From Mizuhopecten yessoensis (Eukaryota), in assembly GCF_002113885.1 (NCBI RefSeq), contig NW_018407841.1, positions 103,996-167,995 on the forward strand: a stretch of 64,000 nucleotides of DNA, given 5' to 3'. This document shows positions 24,943-38,108 of this stretch, piece after piece (within the stretch, counting starts at the first letter, position 1; every line of letters starts with the position of its first letter). Made by a program: the position numbers and the translations under genes. Under the pieces are notes generated by a model. It was given only the letters and a program-made list of their open reading frames with translations, was not told the DNA's origin and searched no databases.

Positions 24943-25679
24943 GTAGTCATAGACTAATGGTATGACGTTGACAACAGTGAGTTAGAAATCCATGCGATAA
25001 TGAAGACAAACAATCTGTTAATGGTAACAATGCCATTGATTCCTTAAAACACAAACTTGTTTGAGGTGTTTTCATGCTTGACCATGATATGAAGTTTGAG
25101 TGAGATCCTTACAGATATTAGGGCGATGGTAACATATTTTGAACTAACGACGATGACCGTGACTTTGGCACTCTGAAACACGAACTCGTGTGAAAGTTAT
25201 TCTCATACTTGACCAACATATGATGTTTTATCCGTATCATTTCCAAACAAAAAGTTGCTAGAGCGATGACAAAATCTTACGCGTTATTCCCTTCAACACT
25301 ACTTCGCAAGGAGGTAATGATCTGTTGTTCCCAGAAGTTGTACAGTAACATAACAGCAAAGGCAGCTTTCCCATTTTTCTCATTTTGTACAACATTTCGG
25401 TTCACTTACGGCACAGTGACTGTATCGGCATATGAACGTTTTAATGGTATCTTCCTTGCTTTGTATTTGGATTTAAATGTGGTTGACTGCTGATGGTGTA
25501 TCAATCTCGAATTTCCTCTGTCATAACTTACTTTAAAAACACTAGTTTGATAATAAATTATTTGTTGTAGCCAAAGAATCCTAACCTTTCACCTTTAGTT
25601 GTATTTCTGTACAAAACACGTTAGACATTGATTTTAATTCTTTGACATTTAGTCACATATAGTCCTAAATAGAGGAAAT

Positions 25680-25885
25680 GGTAGGGTGGCGCCGTGGATA
25701 GTGCCCTCGCCTTTTACCAAGACTGCCGGAGTTCGTTCCCTGATCGAACGTGAAAAGGCATGGGTTCACCTGCGCGACCACGTTTTCTCTGGTTTTCCTC
25801 TCCGCATGCTAACATGCGGGCCAACAAGAATTGTAAATATTTGCCGATATAACTTGTTTCATAGTTTTTGTCAAATGAAATAAGT
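25680..25885 (+). mobile_element. Degenerate tRNA-derived SINE, with a related fragment at ~44670-44760
   Basis: ggtggcgccgtgg A-box, gagttcgttccc B-box, and gctaacat.cgggccaacaaga shared with 44720-44745. Confidence 0.55.
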
Positions 25886-27560
25886 TTGTTTTAAAGACAA
25901 AATGGCCTATGATGCAGGTAGGATATTTTCTTTGTTTGGCTCTCTGCATCGATTTGACTTATTTAGATAGTTGATTCTTCACAACGTATTTCTTTTTTTC
26001 TTTCTTTTCAGATTTGTTTTCAATACTGTATAGTATTACATATTTGTTTACATGCTCATTTGATTCAGTCAAACATCTTTAATACCAAAACAAAATGTAT
26101 GTATATTAATTGTCAAGCTTGGTATGTAACATCAGTAATAGGAGGCAACCTTTTGGTATTTGATATGCATGGTATACGAGACTCTGAACCGACTCTGATG
26201 CATTGGTAGTCTGTGATGCCTTGTTTGTTTATACTGGGACAGAGCTCCAGACTGTACAGATATATATGTAGTCAGTCCTTAATCTTATAACCGACAACAC
26301 ATTTAAATAACCGACAACTTATTTAAGGAACAGATAACTGATATGTGAAAACACAAGCACAGGTCAGGAACACACACACACGGGACGGTCAACATTACAT
26401 TTTACACGCTTACAGGGTTATTTTTGTTTGTGCAAGATACACTACGACATGCATTTACCTGGGTATACATATGTAACATGCCGATTAGTACACAGAAATA
26501 CTCATTCGTTCGTGACCTTTTGCACCTTATACACGTTTAACTACAATATATACACCGTCACGCCGTGATAGTCACGATGGATAAACTCACAGTATATAGG
26601 TACTGTACGTGTGTGTACGTGTGACAATACCGAAAGATATTGATACCGCATCAGTATTTTAGCTGGTCACCTGTATCTACCTTTGTACAATGAGCTATCG
26701 TTTTTAACATTTGCCGGTTTGGTGTAAAGTGTACTATACCCTACACTACCAGAGTATTAACCGTGGTGTCGTCTACACTACCAGGGTATTATTTACAGGA
26801 GAGCTCTCACGACTACGGTAAGTGATTTAAATACTACATTTATCTTAGACTTTCTATAAGTACTTTTCGACCAAGTACTTAGAATAGGTAGAGTTGTCTA
26901 CCTTAAACCATCGATATGATTTTTATAAACATATACATATACCGTACGTAACTGTAAGTAATATATCCTATATCTTTCAACTGTCGTTCTTCACATGCAC
27001 CCTAGCTTATAATGTTACGCATAGACGACGATTACGAAATATGTATTTAAAGGGGAAAACAATGATCAACTACGGGTTCCATATGTAGGGTTATCACGTT
27101 TTGCTCAATATGAAATCGTCTTCGTTCGGAACGACGAAAGTTTAGCCTTTATATCACATAAAATACATTATGTATTTTTCAAAGAACAAGTGTCATTGAT
27201 TATATACATATTCCCTTCAGAATGTCAATCTTCGACTGTTCTGTGATTGGTTTGCGCTATTTATGGGTCTAACTCTGTATTACATTGTTTCAAACTAGTA
27301 TTCATTAATGTGTTGAAGGATATTATATTGGTCGACAGGTTCATAGAACACAACCAGTGAAACGTTTGTATGCGACGCTCATTGTCTTCTTGTACAATTT
27401 ATATCACCTATAGTGCATATCGTGCTCTATTCACCAAAGCGTCGAACTTAGTCTTTTTACTGGTATGCTACATGGACCTGCATGCAATACATGTATATAT
27501 TTACCCACGCGAATAAAATGTTGTTATTTCGAAAACTGTTACAGGAAACTTGTCAACAAG

Positions 27561-28159
27561 ATGTGTGCTGACCAGGTAGACGGTGCTATAATGTCAAGAC
27601 ACAAACTTGCAGGAAAGGATAAGCCAGTACGCAACGAAACCGCTGATATCACTGACTCGGACCCGTCAGTTACAGACCAATTAGACGAATTCGACTCCTT
27701 TGTTAGACCGAGCTGCAATGATGTGACAAACAGCCAGACCGGATGTGACGACACAAACGAATTCAAACAATGCTTATGCTGCAATATCTGGGGACTTCCA
27801 GTTTTAAGACATGTTCCTGAGACGGATCACGATCGTGCGTTTGATTTGCTGGTAGCTGTAGTTTCGCTCGGTCTCTGTCTCGGTGAGGTAGGATCGGAAG
27901 TGAAGTTACTCTTGGAGTACTATATGTCGGGTGAACACCTGAGTTTTGGTCTCACCCTGGGCTTTATGCTTACCACTACTGTTATTGTTGGCATTTTCAC
28001 GCTGTTGTGGACTTTAATAGATATAAAGCAACAAAATGGACATGCAGAGGAAAATTCGGACGGGAGACAACAGTCTGTCGGGACAATCGATACTGCGTAT
28101 TTTGAAACAGGACACGACTTCAACAATATCTCAAGAATGAAACTACGTTCCAAGAAATT
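27561..28159 (+). other. Truncated XKR-B exon-1 copy in a probable assembly-duplicated segment
   Basis: 27081-28159 is near-identical to 28161-29239 (two differences seen), and the two are joined by a single N at 28160. Confidence 0.75.
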
Positions 28160-28640
28160 NATATGTAGGGTTATCACGTTTTGCTCAATATGAAATCGTC
28201 TTCGTTCGGAACGACGAAAGTTTAGCCTTTATATCACATAAAATACATTATGTATTTTTCAAAGAACAAGTGTCATTGATTATATACATATTCCCTTCAG
28301 AATGTCAATCTTCGACTGTTCTGTGATTGGTTTGCGCTATTTATGGGTCTAACTCTGTATTACATTGTTTCAAACTAGTATTCATTAATGTGTTGAAGGA
28401 TATTATATTGGTCGACAGGTTCATAGAACACAACCAGTGAAACGTTTGTATGCGACGCTCATTGTCTTCTTGTACAATTTATATCACCTATAGTGCATAT
28501 CGTGCTCTATTCACCAAAGCGTCGAACTTAGTCTTTTTACTGGTATGCTACATGGACCTGCATGCAATACATGTATATATTTACCCACGCGAATAAAATG
28601 TTGTTATTTCGAAAACTGTTACAGGAAACTTGTCAACAAG

Positions 28641-29293
28641 ATGTGTGCTGACCAGGTAGACGGTGCTATAATGTCAAGACACAAACTTGCAGGAAAGGAT
28701 AAGCCAGTACGCAACGAAACCGCTGATATCACTGACTCGGACCCGTCAGTTACAGACCAATTAGACGAATTCGACTCCTTTGTTAGACCGAGCTGCAATG
28801 ATGCGACAAACAGCCAGACCGGATGTGACGACACAAACGAATTCAAACAATGCTTATGCTGCAATATCTGGGGATTTCCAGTTTTAAGACATGTTCCTGA
28901 GACGGATCACGATCGTGCGTTTGATTTGCTGGTAGCTGTAGTTTCGCTCGGTCTCTGTCTCGGTGAGGTAGGATCGGAAGTGAAGTTACTCTTGGAGTAC
29001 TATATGTCGGGTGAACACCTGAGTTTTGGTCTCACCCTGGGCTTTATGCTTACCACTACTGTTATTGTTGGCATTTTCACGCTGTTGTGGACTTTAATAG
29101 ATATAAAGCAACAAAATGGACATGCAGAGGAAAATTCGGACGGGAGACAACAGTCTGTCGGGACAATCGATACTGCGTATTTTGAAACAGGACACGACTT
29201 CAACAATATCTCAAGAATGAAACTACGTTCCAAGAAATTACTTATAGCGTGTAGAATTATTGCTTCGTTTCTCCAGTTTGGCCGCGCCTTCCG
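28641..29293 (+). CDS. XKR-B exon 1 without its own exons 2-3 (cut by the N join at 29525)
   Basis: Intact 653-nt exon MCADQVDG...FLQFGRAFR with donor gtaagt. The intron is interrupted at the single N. Confidence 0.6.
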
Positions 29294-29617
29294 GTAAGTC
29301 GTGTGTTCTCGGAAACTGCCGTGTTGGATTGCTTACGATACCTCTCTAATCACGATATATAATACTATACAACATTTGATATAGCGCCCTATCTAGCTAA
29401 CATAAGCCACTCTGAATCGATTTACAGTACATAGATATACAGTTTATATAATTAGCATATACATTAATAAATACAAATTGTTTTGAAGAATTCTCGCAGG
29501 AGCTGCCTTGTCATGCGCTAACTTNGGTTGCTAAATAGACCTGTATGCAATATTTATTTACCCACCTGAATAAAATGTTGTTCTTTTGAAAACTGTTGCA
29601 GGAAACTTGTCAACAAG

Positions 29618-30270
29618 ATGTGTGCTGACCAGGTAGACGGTGCTATAATGTCAAGACACAAACTTGCAGGAAAGGATAAACCAGTACGCAACGAAACCGC
29701 TGATATCACTGACTTGGACCCGTCAGTTACAGACCAATTAGACGAATTCGACTCCTTTGTTAGACCGAGCTGCAATGATGCGACAAACAGCCAGACCGGA
29801 TGTGACGACACAAACGAATCCAAACAATGCTTATGCTGCAATATCTGGGGACTTCCAGTTTTAAGACATGTTCCTGAGACGGATCACGATCGTGCGTTTG
29901 ATTTGCTGGTAGCTGTAGTTTCGCTCGGTCTCTGTCTCGGTGAGGTAGGATTGGAAGTGAAGTTACTCTTGGAGTACTATATGTCGGGTGAACACCTGAG
30001 TTTTGGTCTCACCCTAGGCTTTATGCTTATCACTACTGTTATTGTTGGCATTTTCACGCTGTTGTGGACTTTGATAGATATAAAGCAACACAATGGACAT
30101 GCAGAGGAAAATTCGGACGAGCGACATCAGTCCGTTGGGGCAATCGATACTGCGTATTTTGAAACAGGACACGACTTCAACAATATCTCAAGAATGAAAC
30201 TACGTTCCAAGAAATCACTTATAGCGTGTAGAATTATTGCTTCGTTTCTCCAGTTTGGCCGCGCCTTCCG
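29618..30270 (+). CDS. XK-related protein B1, exon 1
   Basis: MCADQVDG..., TM1 LCLGEVGLEV, SFGLTLGF and FLQFGRAFR. Donor CG|gtaagt, phase 2. Confidence 0.85.
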
Positions 30271-30323
30271 GTAAGTCGGAAACTGCCGTGTTGGATTGCT
30301 TACGATACCTCTCTAATCACGAT

Positions 30324-30808
30324 ATATAATACTATACAACATTTGATATAGCGCCCTATCTAGCTTACATAAGCCACTCTGAATCGATTTACAGTACATA
30401 GATATACAGTTTATATAATTAACATATACATTAATAAATACAAATTGTTTTGAAGAATTCTCGCAGGAGCTGCCTTGTCATGCGCTAACTACTAGTCCTA
30501 TGCCTCCTGGCAAATACCTCCTTATGTGCGTATGCCTGCTTGTGTGCTGGAGATGTAATGTGTTCTGTTTGTAGTGGGACCCTGCTTTCAACGGCATCAT
30601 TTATAGTGCCACCTCACTTGAATGCTACAGCACAGATACCGCAACATCCTACCCGGACCAATTTATGCTCCACATGGGTTGTTGGAGTTGTGTGGGCAGG
30701 AGAAAAACACTTTCTCTGAATATCCATGCGTATGACGACTTCGGGGATCGAACACCGGCCGCCGCCTGTGTGGAAGGTCGGAGTGTTAAGCACTAGACCA
30801 GTCCGCCC
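30324..30808 (-). mobile_element. Full-length tRNA-derived SINE with L2/CR1-type tail in XKR-B1 intron 1
   Basis: Minus-strand head gggcggactggtctagtgc...gttcgatcccc and tail ...gggcgctatatcaaatg. Paralogous copies at 38766-39220 and 46273-46759, partial copy at 29356-29524. Confidence 0.8.
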
Positions 30809-30882
30809 ATATATATGCAATTCTAATATCAGTAATTATATGAAAATATGTAAAGGGCTACCTATACTATCTTTAATTTCAG

Positions 30883-31079
30883 CCTAGCGGAGTACATTTA
30901 CAACATGTACCAGGGATGGAAAAGTAAGAGAAAAGATGAGAAACGAATAGAAAAAGCGGAAGTGGAATTACGGGATGCCGCAATTTTGGGCCTGTTGGAG
31001 GGATACATGGAAACTGCCCCAAAGTTCCAGTTACAATTGTATCAGTGGTTTACAACTGATTTCAAAACTAGGACAAGAG
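30883..31079 (+). CDS. XK-related protein B1, exon 2
   Basis: LAEYIYNM...RDAAILGLLEGYMETAPKFQLQLY. Acceptor tttcag, donor gtttgt, same phases as XKR-A. Confidence 0.87.
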
Positions 31080-31317
31080 GTTTGTACTTGGAATAATTAC
31101 GAGAAATACAAAGCAAGTTTCTAGATACAGGAAGCCAATTAAAGTAAATAATATTTTCTTTGTCATATGACAATCGCGGAGGTAAGCTGTTGACAACAAT
31201 TTCTTGAAAAAATTATCAAATCCCGAATGCTTAGCTTCTAATTTCATTAGTAAAGTACATGTTTATCAGGAAAATGCTCTTTGTTACTCATGTTTTCGTC
31301 ATTATTTCTATTTTCAG

Positions 31318-31895
31318 ATTTGTTTTTGTTGATCTCCTTGGCATCTATATCGATCTCGGTGACCTCTTGCTACATGACGCACCGGAAGTTAAAGCAGGGG
31401 CGGAAGTCAGTGACATTTTTGGCATGGGTGTTGTACCTAGCGATGCGACTGTGTGAACTTGGGCCCCGTCTTGTCTTATTAGTGTTGTGTTTTAGGTTCG
31501 TTGGCTTGAGTACGACGCTGATAGGTGTCTTTTTCCATTTCGTGCTCATGTTCGTGCTCAATGCATATCACGTGAAGCCGGAGAACAATCAGATGTGTGA
31601 CCAACGCTGTTCGCGCTTCTTCTACATCTTCCTGAGCTACGTGGAGATCTACAGCTTCATCAACATGAATCAGGAAGAATCCAAACATACGTCACTAATC
31701 TATTACGTCATATTTTACTTGGAGAATGCTGTGATGGTGTCATTAGTGTTAGGTCTGACGTATAGCGGAATCATGCCGTGTATGACTTGGTGTATGTTCT
31801 CGTATTCAGCTATCCCAGGTTTTGTGTTACACCTACTCTTCCTGTGTCTGTACTATTCCTGTCTCCACTCGTCACGCAACAGATTAGACCACTGA
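31318..31895 (+). CDS. XK-related protein B1, exon 3 (total ~475 aa)
   Basis: MRLCELGPR, YSFIN, YYVIFYLEN, LYYSCLH, then a stop shortly after. Confidence 0.88.
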
Positions 31896-33619
31896 TCGTC
31901 TAACATATAACAGCTGTATTAAAGGAGAGAAACAAAGATTGTGTACATTCAGTTCCATGCCAAAACCCTTTTACATTGGTGTGTTCGATGATTTCATAGC
32001 AACATACTATTCGAAGTCTGTAGCTAACCTACAAACGCATTCTTCGAAAGTATTTAACACACACACGACACTGTTATACCATTGTTCAGAACTCATTTCT
32101 TACTTGTGAAACCTTTACCTCAGATTACAACTGTATCTAATTCGCGACCTCCGACAATGAAGAATAAATATACTGCCCCCATAGCAACACTTCAGACTTT
32201 TTTTTTATCTTTTCTACTTTCTCTTTCCTTTCTCCTCTCTTCCCCTTGGTGTCTTAACGATCCCTTAACGATGTGTATTTCACAAAAAATATAAAAGTAC
32301 TTTTAAGTACTAATTAATTTCACGTAAAAAGAGTAAAATGTGTATAATATGTGTCATGTCACTGCTCAAAAGTGTGACAGTGACTGACGAGGTTCAGGCC
32401 AACCTTGGGGACTGAGAAATACACCAGCAAAGACTACTAGCAGAATAACCGCGTAAACAGTATTGTATCAGACACTTGTTATTAGACTTTTGACAATGAA
32501 TATTGACGATTTTAATCACGTCCTATGTTAAACAACGATATAAATATTATGTTAATGTTTTGTCAATCCCTTTCCGGATCAAAGAAGATGCGTTCTTGGC
32601 GAGTATATAAACGTGTTGCTTTATTTATTGATTATATATCATCGTAAGTAGTACAACAATAGTTCATGTTAACCTTAAAAAAACAGCAACAAGGGAAAAA
32701 TACCGAAGTATCGACAAAATCGAATATCGAACTAATAATCGTTATAACTAGGGCAAAACATTCACAAAAGTAAGGCTGAATAGAAATTCTTGATAAACTA
32801 CCAGGAGATTAAAACAAAGTGTTCAGAAAGGCAAATCGTCCTTTGTTTGATTGATGACGATATTAATCTAAGACATATCCAAGTAATGTCACCTCATAAC
32901 TGGGGTAGTGACAACGGAACATCTTTGGAAACTCTGTGTTATAATTTTGCCACAGACCTTTGTCTATGTAAAAGCTATAATGAGTTAGTATTCTACCTGC
33001 TTATAAAACATAAGATTCTCTACTCAAGTTCCTATTCCAAACACTGAGATTTCCAGGATGAATGCGTTCTACATGCTGACTTCACGTTTCGTAACCAGGG
33101 TCTTCTATCAGAGCGTTAGTCGCAATCCTGACCTGATTGTTAAACTGTGAGATTTGAATAACTATTATGATATAATTAAAGATATGTTGAGTGGATCTGA
33201 GATAGATTATGGTTCAAATTTCATCTAGATTTGACAGCAGTCATTAGGACTGGTGACATATAAATATTATGTGGTGAGTTTATTTAATCCTCAGTGGCGT
33301 CTGTGTTTCCAATTGGTTATTCGCTGATCAAGTCCAGATTATGTTTTGTAAATGATACCTGATACGTGTGTATTTGAACTGATCATAATTGTCACAGTAA
33401 TATATTGCAAAACTTAATGTAAACAGCGATCAGAAGTAGGATTTACACGTTTCATTGTCAACTACGCTTTAATGTTAGTTTATTTTGTATGGTATGGCTG
33501 GTGAATCTTCATGGAGTTTGTGGGATACTTTATTATGGGTTCCACATGTGGCGCAGGGAACATTTAAATCACTTAGCCACAAAGTGTTTTTGTGGTTCGA
33601 CTATCTGTGGAATGTCCTA

Positions 33620-34088
33620 TTTTTTATCTCGCCGCCACGAAGTAGCGGAAGCGAGACTAAGGTGTTACTTTTCCGACGGCGTCAACGTTAAGTGTTTTGC
33701 GTTTAACTTGGTTTCACTGAAAGTATAACTAATAGACCAACCAAACTTGGACCAAAGATGCATCTTAGTTAGAACATCTGAACCCATGCATCAAATGCTG
33801 AATGCGGCCTACCTTACATGGTCCATTGACTTTTCAGCATCTCCATCAACATTAAGTTTTGAAGTTTTTGCGTTGAAGTTAGTTTCACTGAAAGTATAAG
33901 TACTAGACCAAGCAAACTGGGACCAACGATGCATCTTAGATAGTACATCTCATTTCATGCATCAAATACTGAATGCGGCCTTCCTTTCATGGACCATTGA
34001 CTTTTCAGCATCTCCATCAACATTAAGTTTTTGCGTTTAAGTTAGTTTCTCTGATATGTGCATTGATGGTCAAAGCGGGACACAGGCA
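33620..34088 (+). mobile_element. HINE/Helentron-like element in each XKR-B 3' flank (also 42013-43140 and 50105-50390)
   Basis: 5' hairpin tctcgccgccacgaagtagcggaagcgaga followed by internal tandem subunits (gaccaa.caaact.ggacc...). Two subunits here, one in the other copies. Confidence 0.55.
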
Positions 34089-35179
34089 AGACATATCAAT
34101 CTGAATGACTTGTTTATGTTGGTGTCGACGTTCTTGTTGGGATTGTGTATGATCGCTTTTGTTTATCTCGCTTTTATACAAACTTTCTTTTGAAAAACAT
34201 TTGGTGTCGTTTTTGTATGCTATGTTCTATTTCAATTTTGTGTAAACATTTCGGCCGATATTCTTTGTTGTCAATGTCATATAGCATTATTCTTCAGACA
34301 CCTGTATTGCCGTTATTGTATATTACTTTTTATCATATTTTTGGCGGACATTTCTTGGAAGATTGTGTGTTGTCGTCGTTATATATATTTTTTACTATTT
34401 TACTTTCATACACTTCCTTGTCAATGTTGTGTGCTGTCGTTTTCGCTGTGTGGCATATAAGAGAAATAACATACTTACGTCGAAAATGTGATCGGTATTT
34501 ATTTAATTTATTTATTAAATTTTTCTCGACCTTTCTGGCTACTATGTAACATTGACTGGAAGTTTACGAACGGGTGACTGATAACAATTATATGTTTATA
34601 CTGTGGTTTCTCAGTAACGTTTACAGAGGATAAAAACTTAATGATCATGACGTAATTGGAATGTTATGCCACATATTGGCATGTCTGACTTGTTCAACAC
34701 TAAAATAAAAATTGTTTGTGATTTATTTTCTTTGATCACACTGATGATAAATTTGACATGCCTGTTGTAGTAGTTGCTTTGGTGGCATTCCTGAACGACT
34801 GTGATATCCATACAAAACGATGGATGGGCTCTATGTTTTGAGGGATCAGGTCATCTCCACAAATCTTGTTTTGTCTTCTTTTATTATTTCATTTTGAATT
34901 TTGTCTAGCTAAAGCTAAATTACTGATAACAAAACAAATCAATTTTCAGCTATTTAAATATATATAAAGAAACACAATAACATTTGTAATTATGTCTTCA
35001 GGCTGAGCCAGGTTAGACATAGGTCAGGAATATTAGCTCGGGATACACTATGAAAAGCATTCCAGGGTATAACATGGAACATTGATTCGTGTCTTATTGC
35101 ACCTGGTCACATGTATCAATCTTTGTACAATGATCTATTGTTTTTAACATTTGCCAGTTTCGTTTAAATGTACTATACC

Positions 35180-37307
35180 CTACACTAGCAGGGTACTAAC
35201 AGTGCTGTCGTCTACACTTCCAGGGTATTAACAGTGATGTCGTCTACACTAGCAGGGTACTAACAGTGCTGTCGTCTACACTAGCAGGGTATTAACAGTG
35301 CTGTCGTATACACTTCCAGGGTACTAACACTGCTGTCGTCTACACTAGCAGGGTATTAACAGTGTTGTCGTCTACACTTCCAGGGTATTAACAGTGCTGT
35401 CGTCTACACTAGCAGGGTACTAACAGTGCTGTCGTCTACACTTCCAGGGTATTAACAGTGATGTCGTCTACACTAGCAGGGTATTAACAGTGCTGTCGTC
35501 TGCACTAGCAGGGTATTAACAGTGCTGTCGTCTACACTTCCATGGTATTAACAGTGCTGTCGTCTACACTTGCATGGTATTAACAGTGCTGTCGTCTACA
35601 CTTCCAGGGGATTAACAGTGCTGTCGTCTACACTAGCAGGGTAGTAACAGTGCTGTCGTATACACTTCCAGGGTACTAACACTGCTGTCGTCTACACTAG
35701 CAGGGTATTAACAGTGCGGTCGTCTACACTTCCAGTGTATTAACAGTGTTGTCGTCTACACTTCCAGGGTATCAACAGTGCTGTTGTCTACACTTCCAGG
35801 GTATTAACAGTGCTGTCGTCTACACTTCCATGGTATTAACAGTGCTGTCGTCTACACTAGCAGGGTATTAACAGTGTTGTCGTCTACACTTCCCGGGTAT
35901 TAACAGTGTTGTCGTCTACACTTCCAGGGTATCAACAGTGCTGTTGTCTACACTTCCAGGGTATTAACAGTGCCGCCGTCTACACTTCCATGGTATTAAC
36001 AGTGCTGTCGTCTACACTAGCAGGGGATTAACAGTGCTGTCGTATACACTTCCAGGGTACTAACACTGCTGTCGTCTACACTAGCAGGGTATTAACAGTG
36101 CTGTCGTATGCACTAGCAGGGTATTAACAGTGCTGTCGTCTACACTAGCAGGGTAGTAACAGTGCTGTCGTATACACTTCCAGGGTACTAACACTGCTGT
36201 CGTCTACACTAGCAGGGTATTAACAGTGCGGTCGTCTACACTTCCAGTGTATTAACAGTGTTGTCGTCTACACTTCCAGGGTATCAACAGTGCTGTTGTC
36301 TACACTTCCAGGGTATTAACAGTGCTGTCGTCTACACTAGCAGGGTATTAACAGTGCTGTCGTCTACACCCCCAGTGTATTAACAGTGTTGTCGTCTACA
36401 CTTCCAGGGTATCAACAGTGCTGTTGTCTACACTTCCAGGGTATTAACAGTGCTGTCGTCTACACTACCAGGGTATTAACAGTGCTGTCGTCTACACTAG
36501 AAGGGTATTAACAGTGCTGTCGTCTACACTAGCAGGGGATTAACAGTGCTGTCGTATACACTTCCAGGGTACTAACACTGCTGTCGTCTACACTAGCAGG
36601 GTATTAACAGTGCGGTCGTCTACACTTCCAGTGTATTAACAGTGTTGTCGTCTACACTTCCAGGGTATCAACAGTGCTGTTGTCTACACTTCCAGGGTAT
36701 TAACAGTGCTGCCGTCTACACTTCCAGGTTATTAACAGTGCTGTCGTCTACACTAGAAGGGTATTAACAGTGATGTCGTCTACACTTACAGGGTATTAAC
36801 AGTGATGTCGTCTACACTTACAGGGTATTAACAGTTAAATGTACTATACCCTACACTAGCAGGGTACTAACAGTGCTGTCGTCTGCACTAGCAGGGTATT
36901 AATAGTGCTGTCGTCTACACTAGAAGGGTATTAACAGTGATGTCGTCTACACTAGAAGGGTATTAACAGTGATGTCGTCTACACTAGAAGGGTATTAACA
37001 GTGATGTCGTCTACACTAGAAGGGTATTAACAGTGCCGCCGTCTACACTTCCATAGTATTAACAGTGCTGTTGTATACACTAGCAGGGTATTAATAGTGC
37101 TGTCGTCTACACTAGAAGGGTATTAACAGTGCGGTCGTCTACACTTCCGGGGGATTAACAGTGCTGCCATCTACACTTCCAGGGGATTAACAGTGCTGCC
37201 ATCTACACTTCCAGGGTAGTAACAATGTTGTCGTCTACCCTTCCAGGGTATTAACAGTGATGTCGTCTACACTTACAGGGTATTAACAGTGTTGTTGTCT
37301 ACACTTC
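35180..37307. repeat. Minisatellite, ~66 copies of 32 bp
   Basis: Unit cagggtattaacagtgctgtcgtctacact(tc/ag), with variants recurring in higher-order blocks. Confidence 0.95.
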
Positions 37308-37395
37308 CTATATCGATCTCGGTGACCTCTTGCTACATGACGCAACGGACATTAAAACACGGGCGGAAATCGGTGACGTTTTGGGCATGGGTGTT
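37308..37395 (+). pseudogene. 88-bp displaced copy of part of XKR-B2 exon 3
   Basis: Identical to 39890-39977. Confidence 0.9.
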
Positions 37396-38108
37396 ATAAG
37401 TTTCCCTTTAGATTTATGATACCAGTTTGGGATTTTTCATGTTTGCGAGCCACTGGCGAGTAAATGTGAAAAATCCAAATCGAGTATCATAATCTAATAT
37501 GCAGGGAAACGAATGACATATTCTTATTTTCATATAATACAAAGTAAACTGTATAAATGTGATCTGAATATTCTGCACTTGACCGACTCTGAAACGATGA
37601 AAACTGCGTCCGCTTCGCAATGACGTGACGGCATGTTGACTGTTCCTATTCGATTGGGACGTCGTCTTTATTACACTGCATTTCACGGTTCTCATATGAT
37701 AAATAGGGTTATCCCCTTTTGTTCGAGATGACACAGTCTTCGTCCGCAATGACGAAATTGTAGCCTTAATATCACATAAAATACATTACGTGTTTATCAA
37801 AGAACAAGTGTCATTGTTTGTATACATATTCCCTTCAGAATGTCAATCTTCATCTGTTCTCTGATTCGTTTGCGCTATTTATGGCTCTAACTCTGTACTA
37901 CATTGTTACAAACTAGTATTTAAAACGTATGTATGTGAAGCTTCCATGACTTCTAGTACAATATGTCTCCCCTGTAGTACATATCGTGCTTTAGCCACCA
38001 GCTTAATAATTTTACTGGGTTGCTAAATAGACCTGTATGCAATATTTATTTACCCACCTGAATTAATGTTGTTCTTTTGAAAACTGTTGCAGGAAACATG
38101 TCAACAAG

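Noticed and set aside
27465-27560. Upstream extension MLHGPACN... of the XKR-B exon-1 ORF (also at 28545)
   Set aside because: Not open in the other paralogs, which have in-frame stops upstream. The shared start is MCADQVDG.
32790-33047. ORF repeated at 41313-41612, and similar ORFs at 34145 and 43191
   Set aside because: The similarity reflects recent segmental duplication. The frames are broken in the third unit and start at non-ATG codons.
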